Part shown: positions 37,823 to 45,863 of the stretch, piece by piece | How positions within the stretch are numbered: the first letter of the stretch is position 1 | How the letters are laid out: every line of letters starts with the position of its first letter | From: an uncultured Dehalococcoidia bacterium | GTDB lineage: Bacteria > Chloroflexota > Dehalococcoidia > SZUA-161 | Assembly: GCA_964453665.1 (NCBI GenBank) | Contig: CAYVQT010000006.1 | Location: 1,976-65,975, forward strand | Direction: 5' to 3' | Length of the DNA: 64,000 nucleotides | Made by a program: the position numbers and the translations under genes | Notes under the pieces: generated by a model | Database searches by the model: none | The model's input: only the letters and a program-made list of their open reading frames with translations | What the model was told of the DNA's origin: nothing

Positions 37823-38089
37823 ATGAAGTTGTGGAGAACACCATTCGATCAGGCGGAAAAGGCCACCAGGCCAGCGAAAGTCCTGATCGACAAGGAAAGA
37901 TGCAAAGGATGCGGCTTCTGCGTGGAGTTCTGCCCGAGAGGGACGCTTGTGATGAGCGACGAACTGAGCTCCAAGGGCTATACTCTTGCTGCAGTAGCGG
38001 ACGAAAGCAAGTGCCTCGGCTGCGGCCTGTGTGATATCCTCTGCCCCGAATTCGCCATCCACCTGGTATTAAACAACAACGAAAGCTAG
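37823..38089 (+). CDS. korD: 2-oxoacid:ferredoxin oxidoreductase delta subunit (2x[4Fe-4S])
   Basis: CKGCGFCVEFCP and CLGCGLCDILCP are present. It is 88 aa and sits immediately upstream of the alpha subunit. Confidence 0.8.
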   Translation: MKLWRTPFDQAEKATRPAKVLIDKERCKGCGFCVEFCPRGTLVMSDELSSKGYTLAAVADESKCLGCGLCDILCPEFAIHLVLNNNES

Positions 38090-38101
38090 CAGGATTATTG
38101 T

Positions 38102-39253
38102 ATGTCTGAAGACGGAGTGCTCTGCGGAACGTTCTTTATGAACGGCGATGTGGCCTGCGCCGAAGGGGCTATCAGCGCGGGTTGTCGTTTCTTCGCCGGC
38201 TACCCCATCACGCCAGCCACAGAGGTGGCCGAGAGAATGAGTGAACGACTCCCTCACGTGGGAGGTATCTATATCCAGATGGAGGATGAGATCGCCTCTA
38301 TGAATGCCATACTGGGTGCATCCTGGGCGGGGAAGAAAGCAATGACATCCACCTCCGGCCCCGGATTCAGCCTGATGATGGAGAATCTAGGCCTGGGAGT
38401 GATGCTGGAAACACCCTGCGTCCTGGTCAATATACAACGGGCCGGCCCGTCTACCGGGTTGCCCACGCTGGCGGCCCAGGGGGACATGATGCAAGCGCGA
38501 TGGGGCTCACACGGCAGCTACGAGATTATCGCCCTTGCACCCAGCTCTCCGCAGGAGATATTCGATTTTACTATTACAGCGTTTAACCTTTCGGAGAGAT
38601 ATCGGGTTCCTGTGCTGGTGATGTCCGACGAAGCCGTAGGTCATATGAGCGAGAAGGTTGTGATACCTCGCATAGCACCCGAAGAGCTTGTAAGCAGGCG
38701 ACGCCCGGAAGTAGCGCCGGAGGAATATCTGCCCTACAAAGCCGACGGGGATCTAGTTCCACCTATGGCTATAGCCGGCGAAGGTTACCGCTTCCACGTC
38801 ACCGGCCTTACCCACGATGAGAGGGGTTACCCTATAATGACCGCAGAGGTCCAGGACCAGCTTGTGCGCCGTCTGGTGGATAAAATCAGGCTCAACAGGA
38901 AAGACATAATAAGCTATGAAGAGATAGGGATTGAAGATGCAGAAGTCATAGTCTGCGCCTACGGAATTACCGCGCGCGTCGCCCGTCTCGCAGTGCAACA
39001 GGCACGCGATGCAGGAATTCGAGCGGGTATGCTGCGGCTGATAACAGTCTGGCCATTTGCCGAAGACCGCATCAGAGAGCTAGCGGAGCAGGTCAAGGCA
39101 TTCGTGGTCCCCGAGATAAACTACGGCCAGATTGTACTAGAGGTCGAGAGATGTACAGCAGGAAAGGCCAGTACGCTACTCGTGCCCCATATGGGAGGCG
39201 GCGTGCACCATCCACTGACCATCCTGAAAGCCATAAAGGAAGCAGTGCAATGA
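38102..39253 (+). CDS. korA: 2-oxoacid (probably 2-oxoglutarate):ferredoxin oxidoreductase alpha subunit
   Basis: NGDVACAEGAISAGCRFFAGYPITPATE and TSGPGFSLM are present. The substrate assignment rests on architecture and context only. Confidence 0.85.
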   Translation: MSEDGVLCGTFFMNGDVACAEGAISAGCRFFAGYPITPATEVAERMSERLPHVGGIYIQMEDEIASMNAILGASWAGKKAMTSTSGPGFSLMMENLGLGVMLETPCVLVNIQRAGPSTGLPTLAAQGDMMQARWGSHGSYEIIALAPSSPQEIFDFTITAFNLSERYRVPVLVMSDEAVGHMSEKVVIPRIAPEELVSRRRPEVAPEEYLPYKADGDLVPPMAIAGEGYRFHVTGLTHDERGYPIMTAEVQDQLVRRLVDKIRLNRKDIISYEEIGIEDAEVIVCAYGITARVARLAVQQARDAGIRAGMLRLITVWPFAEDRIRELAEQVKAFVVPEINYGQIVLEVERCTAGKASTLLVPHMGGGVHHPLTILKAIKEAVQ

Positions 39254-40098
39254 CAACTCCAATAACAGAAGAGGAAAATAAATTTAACTCCCTGATACGG
39301 TTAGATAGGATGCCGCACATCTGGTGTGCAGGCTGCGGTATAGGGCCAGCAGTGGGGTGCTTCATCAGGGCTATAGAGAGTTCCGGGCTGGATCCGGATA
39401 AAATAGCGCTGATTTCAGGGATAGGCTGTGCCGGCAGGGCGGCTGGTTATGTCAAGCTGGATTCCTTCCACACCACGCACGGTCGCGCCCTTCCTTTCGC
39501 CACTGGCTTGAAGGTGGGAAATCCCGACTTGAACGTGGTGGTCTTCTCCGGAGATGGTGACCTGGTAGCCATAGGCGGTAATCACCTCATACACTCGGCG
39601 CGCCGTAATATTGATATAACTGTCATCTGCATAAACAATTTCAATTACGGCATGACCGGCGGGCAGATGGGGCCTACTACTCCCCTCGACGCCCGAAGCA
39701 CCACCACACCCTACGGCAACGTCGAGTATCCCTTCAACGTACCGTACCTGGTAGCCGCAAGCGGCGCTACCTACGTTGCCCGCTGGACTGTGCTGCACGC
39801 GCGTCAACTGGAGTGGTCCATTACTGAGGCCTTGATCAAACCGGGATTCAGCTTCATTGAGGTGCTCGCTCCCTGCCCAACGCTATATGGACGCATGAAC
39901 AAGGAACCACAGGGGATGAACACGATGCACTCATACCAGGAAAGAAGCGTAGTTAAAGACGGGGCCGATCCCAAGGATGTGGCCATTAATTACGACGGCC
40001 AAATTGTTGTTGGCAAGTTCATTGACACTGAGCGCCAGACCTTCGGGGACCAATGCAAGCTGGTGCTTGATAGGGCAAAGGAGAAGAAAAAAGGATAG
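39250..40098 (+). CDS. korB: 2-oxoacid:ferredoxin oxidoreductase beta (TPP-binding) subunit
   Basis: WCAGCG, GIGCAGR and FSGDGDLVAIGGNHLIHSARRN (TPP motif) are present. The ATG at 39250 overlaps the korA stop (ATGA). Confidence 0.9.
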   Translation: MTTPITEEENKFNSLIRLDRMPHIWCAGCGIGPAVGCFIRAIESSGLDPDKIALISGIGCAGRAAGYVKLDSFHTTHGRALPFATGLKVGNPDLNVVVFSGDGDLVAIGGNHLIHSARRNIDITVICINNFNYGMTGGQMGPTTPLDARSTTTPYGNVEYPFNVPYLVAASGATYVARWTVLHARQLEWSITEALIKPGFSFIEVLAPCPTLYGRMNKEPQGMNTMHSYQERSVVKDGADPKDVAINYDGQIVVGKFIDTERQTFGDQCKLVLDRAKEKKKG

Positions 40099-40149
40099 CC
40101 AGCATAAAGGAGTCCGGGGCTATTCGGCAATAAAACACGGTGAAATAAC

Positions 40150-40713
40150 TTGGGTATAAAAGAGATAAGAATAGCAGGTTTCGGCGGACAGGGAGTGGTC
40201 CTATCCGGGCTGATACTCGGGCAGGCTGCATCCATATATGATGATGGTTTCTCCGCTCTTACACAGAGCTACGGGCCAGAGGCCCGCGGTGGCTCATGTA
40301 CAACAGAGATAGTGATATCTGATGAGCCTATAGGTTATCCATACGTGCAGAGTCCTAATATACTCATCGTCCTATCACAGGAAGCCTACAACAAGTACTG
40401 TAACGATCTGCCCGCAGGGGCCCTGATGATCATAGACCCGGACCTGGTGAAACACGACCAGTCACAAAACCCGGCACCACTCTCCATACCAGCTACCAGA
40501 ATGGCGCGGGATATGGGGCGGGCAGTGGTCGCTAACATTATAATGCTGGGGTTCCTGGCAGCAGTGAGTGACCTGGTTTCTCCCGAGGCTCTCAAGAAGT
40601 CAGTACTAACGTCTGTCCCCAAGGGAACCGAGGAATTCAATACCCGAGCTTTCGAAACGGGATACAACTACGGACTGGAACACAGCGGCAAAGGCAAGGT
40701 TACAGATGGCTAG
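40150..40713 (+). CDS. korC: 2-oxoacid:ferredoxin oxidoreductase gamma subunit
   Basis: IRIAGFGGQGVVLSGLILGQAA...SYGPEARGG is present. Confidence 0.85.
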   Translation: MGIKEIRIAGFGGQGVVLSGLILGQAASIYDDGFSALTQSYGPEARGGSCTTEIVISDEPIGYPYVQSPNILIVLSQEAYNKYCNDLPAGALMIIDPDLVKHDQSQNPAPLSIPATRMARDMGRAVVANIIMLGFLAAVSDLVSPEALKKSVLTSVPKGTEEFNTRAFETGYNYGLEHSGKGKVTDG

Positions 40714-43700
40714 GGGAATCGCGGTAATAGGTGATGGTGCGGGCGCGGCACAGGCAGCCCTCACACTGACAGAGCTGGGTGTAGAGGTCAAGCTAATCAT
40801 GTCCTCTCAGGCACTGAGCTTAGACAATGTCACTGACAGCGCCTCAGTCACTGCCCCGGAGAAACTATGTAGCGTGTGGCCCCTGCTACTGCGTGCGGCG
40901 AGCCACCCACTGGTTACCCTTCATACCAACTCCAGGGTCAGGGCCATAGCCGGCAAACAGGGCAAATTCACGGTAAGGCTAACCACATACCCTCGCTATG
41001 TGCAAGCGGATTTATGCACGGCCTGCGGCCGCTGCGAGGAGGCGTGCTCGGTACAGGTACCATTCATCCTGGACGGCCGAAAGGTAACCCGGAGTGCCAT
41101 CCACGCACCCGTTCCAGGTAAAAAAACGATACCCTCAGCCTACTATATAGAGAAAAGCGGGGTCGCACCCTGTCGGGCGTCATGCCCACTCGGTATAAAT
41201 GTTCAAGGATTTGTATCGCTGCTGTCTAAGGGCAAGGTGGATGAGGCTCTAAGCCTTATAAACGAAGTGGCGCCTCTCGCTGGAGTGCTCGGACGCGTAT
41301 GCACCCATCCCTGCGAGGATAATTGCAAACGCAGTGAAGTTGACAGCCCTGTATTCATCCCAGCCCTACATCGCTATGCTGCTGACAATGCACCCAGCGG
41401 CATCAACTATAAACGTAAGGCCCCTGCCAGGTCCCGCAAGGAAAAAATTGCTATCGTCGGAAGCGGCCCCGCCGGGCTTGCCGCCGCCTGGGAACTGGCA
41501 CGCCGCGGTTATGGACCCACCATATTCGAATCCCATGCGGTGGTAGGTGGTATGGTGGCTACAGGTATTCCCAGATTCCGTCTGCCCCTCGAGGTCCGGG
41601 AGAGAGAAGTGGCGGCGATCAAAGACCTGGGTGTGGATATAATGACCGGGGTGATGGTAGGCCGCGATGTGACAATTTCCGATCTGAGAGAACGGGGATA
41701 CCGAGCTTTCTTCCTGGCCATAGGCGCCCACCAGAATAGGGGTCTGGGCATCCCGGGTGAAGAACTCGAAGGCGTAGTGGACGCCATCTCCCTGCTGTTC
41801 GCACTGAACCTGAAAGTGGGCGCCTCAGTAGGCTCCAATGTGGTAGTCATTGGCGGCGGCAACAGCGCCGTGGATTCCGCCAGAACCGCCAAGAGGCGGA
41901 GCAAGGGAGTTGTGCGTATACTCTACCGCCGCACAATGGAAGAGATGACCGCAGTAGCAGACGAGGTGCAGGAGGCAATAAACGAAGGCATATCTATTGA
42001 ATATCTAACAAATCCGCTGGAGATTCTGGGCGATGGAACCAAGGTAACCGGAATACGCTGCCAGCGGATGAAAATGGGCGATATGGGAGAGGATGGCCGC
42101 CGCAGGCCCGAGCCTATACCGGGCTCGGAGTTCGTGATCGACGCGGACCACGTGGTGATAGCTATAGGACAGCGGCCCAACACCTCAATGCTCAACATCA
42201 GGTGGCTTGAGATCGATAGCGACGACTCTACTATAAAAGTGGACCCTTTAACACTCGAGACCAGGATTCCTGGCATCTTTTCCGGTGGCGATTGTGTCAC
42301 AGGCCCCAACAACGTCGTCGAAGCTGTTGCCGCCGGACTGCGAGCCGCAGAGTCAATAGACCGGTATTTAAGAGGACGCGATTTGAGGAAGGGACGCAGT
42401 CTGGAGAAACCTCAAACTGTTGAGGTCGATATCAGGGAAAGAGATGCTGCCTACTACAAGCGAGCCCGTATGCCCGCTATCCCGCCTTATAAGAGGATGG
42501 GTAAATTTGAGGAAATAGCCCTGGGATTACCATTAGACGTAGGGAGACGCGAGGCCGAGCGCTGCCTCAACTGTGCCTTATGCAGTGAATGCATGGAATG
42601 TGAACAGGTGTGCGAACTGGGGGCGGTTCTCCACAAGGACAGGGAGGAGCACGTAGATATCGGAGCCGAACTCATAATCAATTTTGCCTCGGACGACGGT
42701 GAAAGTGAATACTACCTCGAGGTGCCTGAAACCGCCCAGAGCATTGCCACGCAGACCCCGAGACCGGGTGTCTATACAGTGGAGTTATTCGAAGGCCACA
42801 GCCTGCAAAGCGAGCTCGCACAGGCCTCCGCTACAGCCCTTGAAGCCGCCGCTGAACTCAGGCTCAAAGAGGGAGCCATACCCGCAGCTCAGGATAACCC
42901 AGATGGCTCAGATGACCATTCGGACCATAATCTTTGGAAGGCAGAAGCCGTCAGTACCGACAAAGCGCGCATCGGTGTTTTCCTGTGTCGCTGCGGTGGC
43001 AGCATTAACTCAGTGATTGATTTCAATCAAGTGACCAATGAACTCTTACAACTTCCCGGCCTCTGCACCGTTCAGGAGACAGCGCAGGCGTGCAGCGAGG
43101 AGGGAGCGAACAGGATGGCGGCCCGAGCTGCGGAGTGGAAGCTTGACAAGATGGTGCTTGCCGCCTGCCGATGCTGCGGGCTGGATCAGATATGCTTCAG
43201 CTGCACCGACAGGCGAGTGATGTGCCAGCAGAACCTTGGCAATTACATCGCCACATACCTGGGAAGCAATGTGGAGTTCGTAAATATACGTGAGCAATGC
43301 GCTCTAGTTCACGAAGATGACCCCGCTGGCGCTACACGCAAGGCAATAGACATAATTTCGGCGGGCGTCGCCCGGTCCAAAAAAGCCTCTGCTGTTACCC
43401 GCGAGGAGCGTCCTCTGACTGGAGGTGCGCTAATACTGGGTGCAGGGATTCGAGGGCTTGCAGCAGCAAAGAACCTGGCCTCCCAAATTTATTCCGTAAC
43501 AGTGATTGCCGGCCCCGAAGCAGACACTGCCGGAGAATCGCAGCGCTCCGAATACCTGGAAAACAGAGAGAGCCTACTTAAACAGCTCGATGAGCAGGGT
43601 ATCACTGTCAGGCCGTGGCCTCAGAACCTGGAACTGGACGGCTCGCCGGGCAATTACAATGCTGTGCTGAATGACGGCTCACAGAACAGCCAGGTTGAAG

Positions 43701-44233
43701 CTGGAGCGATAATACTGGACATCGGGAAGATGCAAGGGGAAGTCCCCCCAGAAGTCATCACCAAACCGGGAAAAAGCCGCCTCGGCCGCATATTTACCCG
43801 AAGGATCGGCTCCAAAGGCCTGGAGGATATGCAATTCGCCATCAAGGATACTGCAGGTATATTCGTCATGTATCCGGATGAAGAAGACACACCGTGGGAA
43901 CAGGTCCTTAAGGGAGCGTCTATGGCGGCTAGAGCGTCAGGTTATCTGTACCGGGGTAGCCTTAGCCCAATGTCCAACGCAGTTAGCATCGACAGCAAAC
44001 TATGTCGCGGCTGCGGCGACTGTGCGGCCGTATGCTCTTACATAGAGATGAGAGAATCCGGCAATGGTACAGCTTGCGCCTATGTCGACCGGGCGTTGTG
44101 CCTCGGCTGTGGAGTTTGTATCGCACACTGTCCCACAGGTGCCATAACTCAAGCTTTCCAGAGCGACGCAAACCTAAGCTCCACGCTTGAAGCGTTGCTG
44201 GGAAAGACATCCTATATGGTTGAAGTGGCATGA
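40706..44233 (+). CDS. 1175-aa mosaic flavo-iron-sulfur protein. It combines HdrA-like segments, a GltD/NfnB-like NAD(P)H:FAD module, an HdrA N-domain-like Cys module and a C-terminal 2x[4Fe-4S] ferredoxin.
   Basis: The motifs, in order, are:
- IAVIGDGAGAAQAAL
- CTACGRCEEAC
- CRASCPLGINV...GRVCTHPCEDNC (GltD N-terminus)
- IAIVGSGPAGLAAAWELARRG and VVVIGGGNSAVDSA
- CLNCALCSECMECEQVC
- RIGVFLCRCGGSIN...FVNIREQCALVH (HdrA N-domain-like)
- ILGAGIRGLAAA
- CRGCGDCAAVC and CLGCGVCIAHCP
The start overlaps the korC stop by 8 nt. Confidence 0.8.
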   Translation: MARGIAVIGDGAGAAQAALTLTELGVEVKLIMSSQALSLDNVTDSASVTAPEKLCSVWPLLLRAASHPLVTLHTNSRVRAIAGKQGKFTVRLTTYPRYVQADLCTACGRCEEACSVQVPFILDGRKVTRSAIHAPVPGKKTIPSAYYIEKSGVAPCRASCPLGINVQGFVSLLSKGKVDEALSLINEVAPLAGVLGRVCTHPCEDNCKRSEVDSPVFIPALHRYAADNAPSGINYKRKAPARSRKEKIAIVGSGPAGLAAAWELARRGYGPTIFESHAVVGGMVATGIPRFRLPLEVREREVAAIKDLGVDIMTGVMVGRDVTISDLRERGYRAFFLAIGAHQNRGLGIPGEELEGVVDAISLLFALNLKVGASVGSNVVVIGGGNSAVDSARTAKRRSKGVVRILYRRTMEEMTAVADEVQEAINEGISIEYLTNPLEILGDGTKVTGIRCQRMKMGDMGEDGRRRPEPIPGSEFVIDADHVVIAIGQRPNTSMLNIRWLEIDSDDSTIKVDPLTLETRIPGIFSGGDCVTGPNNVVEAVAAGLRAAESIDRYLRGRDLRKGRSLEKPQTVEVDIRERDAAYYKRARMPAIPPYKRMGKFEEIALGLPLDVGRREAERCLNCALCSECMECEQVCELGAVLHKDREEHVDIGAELIINFASDDGESEYYLEVPETAQSIATQTPRPGVYTVELFEGHSLQSELAQASATALEAAAELRLKEGAIPAAQDNPDGSDDHSDHNLWKAEAVSTDKARIGVFLCRCGGSINSVIDFNQVTNELLQLPGLCTVQETAQACSEEGANRMAARAAEWKLDKMVLAACRCCGLDQICFSCTDRRVMCQQNLGNYIATYLGSNVEFVNIREQCALVHEDDPAGATRKAIDIISAGVARSKKASAVTREERPLTGGALILGAGIRGLAAAKNLASQIYSVTVIAGPEADTAGESQRSEYLENRESLLKQLDEQGITVRPWPQNLELDGSPGNYNAVLNDGSQNSQVEAGAIILDIGKMQGEVPPEVITKPGKSRLGRIFTRRIGSKGLEDMQFAIKDTAGIFVMYPDEEDTPWEQVLKGASMAARASGYLYRGSLSPMSNAVSIDSKLCRGCGDCAAVCSYIEMRESGNGTACAYVDRALCLGCGVCIAHCPTGAITQAFQSDANLSSTLEALLGKTSYMVEVA

Positions 44234-44643
44234 GCGAGTCAGCGATACATTTAGTCGTGTTCGCCTGCAACTGGGATGGCCTCAGTTGCCTGGAAGAGGC
44301 AGCCAGAGGGGGATTAGGCTACCCTGCCTCTGTGAGGGTAGTCAGGGTAAGCTGTCTCTCACGGTTGCATCAAGGCCTTATGCTCAAGGCCTTTGAACTG
44401 GGTGCGGATGGTGTAATGCTTCTGGGATGTGAACCGGGCAACTGCCAGTATGACATCGATGCCGGACTTATTACGCAAGAGTTCGAAAAAGCGCAGACAG
44501 TATTAAAGCTGCTTGGGCTGGGAGAAGAAAGACTGGTCCTCTGTCAGACAGCTCGCGGGGATGGGCCAGGATTTGTAAGGCGGGTAACAGACTTTGCCAA
44601 AGAGATCGAGCAGATGCAACCTGCCGTCACCGCTGGAGCCTAG
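44230..44643 (+). CDS. mvhD: MvhD/FlpD-like [2Fe-2S] protein
   Basis: VVFACNWDGLSCLEEAA...VRVVRVSCLSRL...GADGVMLLGCEPGNCQY is present. There is an ATGA overlap with the upstream gene. Confidence 0.85.
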   Translation: MSESAIHLVVFACNWDGLSCLEEAARGGLGYPASVRVVRVSCLSRLHQGLMLKAFELGADGVMLLGCEPGNCQYDIDAGLITQEFEKAQTVLKLLGLGEERLVLCQTARGDGPGFVRRVTDFAKEIEQMQPAVTAGA

Positions 44644-44717
44644 CAGCTAAAGGCTCACTAAGCCATCTATGATGAATATAGAAGAATTATTTTTTAAGGA
44701 CAGGATACAGATCAAAG

Positions 44718-45863
44718 GTGTTCAATACTGAACGAGAGATAAGTGAAAGCAAGATACGCCTCTGCCTTGACTGCGGCAAGTGCACGGTGGTATGTCCGGT
44801 CGCCCAGAACGACCCGGCATTCAACCCGCGTCTCATAGCACAGAGAAGGTTATCGCAAAATAAACACAGTCCGCAGGACGAGACAATCTGGGAATGCCTC
44901 AGTTGCTACATGTGCGTTGAACGCTGCAACTACCGTGTGGATTTTCCCGCATTTATTCACAGTCTGAGAGCCGAGGCGCTCACTGAAGGCGCTGAATTGC
45001 AGTGCAGCCACGGCGGAACGCTCCAGGCGCTCCAGCACCTGATGGCGCGTGAAGACCTGCAGCAGGACCGACTGAACTGGCTCCCGCAGGACATTGAACT
45101 GTCTGAACAAAACGACGTAATATTCTTTGTAGGCTGTGCTCCCTATTTTGATACCGTGTTCAGCGATCTGGAAGTGAACACCCTCGGCGGTGTAGAAGGT
45201 GCGCTAAGGCTGCTTAACCGCGCCCAGGTGCCCTTTAACATTCTTGCCAATGAACGCTGCTGCGGGAGAGACCTGCTGCTCCAAGGCGATCGAGAAGGAT
45301 TTCTGGCTCTGGCGAAAGCCAATATGCGCGAGTTCAGTAAACACGGCGTCAGCAAGATTATCACTAACTGTCCTGAATGCTACCATACGCTGAAGGTTGA
45401 ATACCCCGATATGCTGGGGGCTACGGGTATCCAGGTAATGCATCTGACAGAGGTTATAGCACCGCTCGTTCAAAGCGGAGACCTTAGTCTCGGCGAACTT
45501 GAGCAAAGGGTCACATATCACGATCCCTGCACGCTGGGCAGATGCTCCAGGATATTCGATGAGCCCCGCCAGATTCTACGGGCTGTATCAGGACTAGACA
45601 TAGTAGAGATGGAGCAGAACCGTGAGAAGGCGCTGTGCTGCGGTGCAAGCCCCTGGGTGCACTGCGGTGCGGTGAACCGGCAGATACAGGAGCAGCGCCT
45701 CGCCCAGGCTGCGGCCACTGGGGCAGATATACTTGTGACCGCATGCCCCAAGTGCCAGATACATCTGAGGTGCGCCCAAAAAAGTCACGATGGTAAAATT
45801 CCCCAGGTCGAGATCCAGGACATAGCATTTCTGGCAGCCCGGGCTCTGGATAGTAGGAGGTGA
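44718..45863 (+). CDS. HdrC-HdrB fusion (HdrD-like soluble CCG-domain Fe-S protein)
   Basis: The N-terminal CLDCGKCTVVCP and CLSCYMCVERC form the HdrC-like part. Two CCG boxes follow (ERCCGRD; ALCCGAS) with flanking Cys residues (VGCAPYF, HDPCTLGR, CPKCQ). Confidence 0.8.
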   Translation: MFNTEREISESKIRLCLDCGKCTVVCPVAQNDPAFNPRLIAQRRLSQNKHSPQDETIWECLSCYMCVERCNYRVDFPAFIHSLRAEALTEGAELQCSHGGTLQALQHLMAREDLQQDRLNWLPQDIELSEQNDVIFFVGCAPYFDTVFSDLEVNTLGGVEGALRLLNRAQVPFNILANERCCGRDLLLQGDREGFLALAKANMREFSKHGVSKIITNCPECYHTLKVEYPDMLGATGIQVMHLTEVIAPLVQSGDLSLGELEQRVTYHDPCTLGRCSRIFDEPRQILRAVSGLDIVEMEQNREKALCCGASPWVHCGAVNRQIQEQRLAQAAATGADILVTACPKCQIHLRCAQKSHDGKIPQVEIQDIAFLAARALDSRR

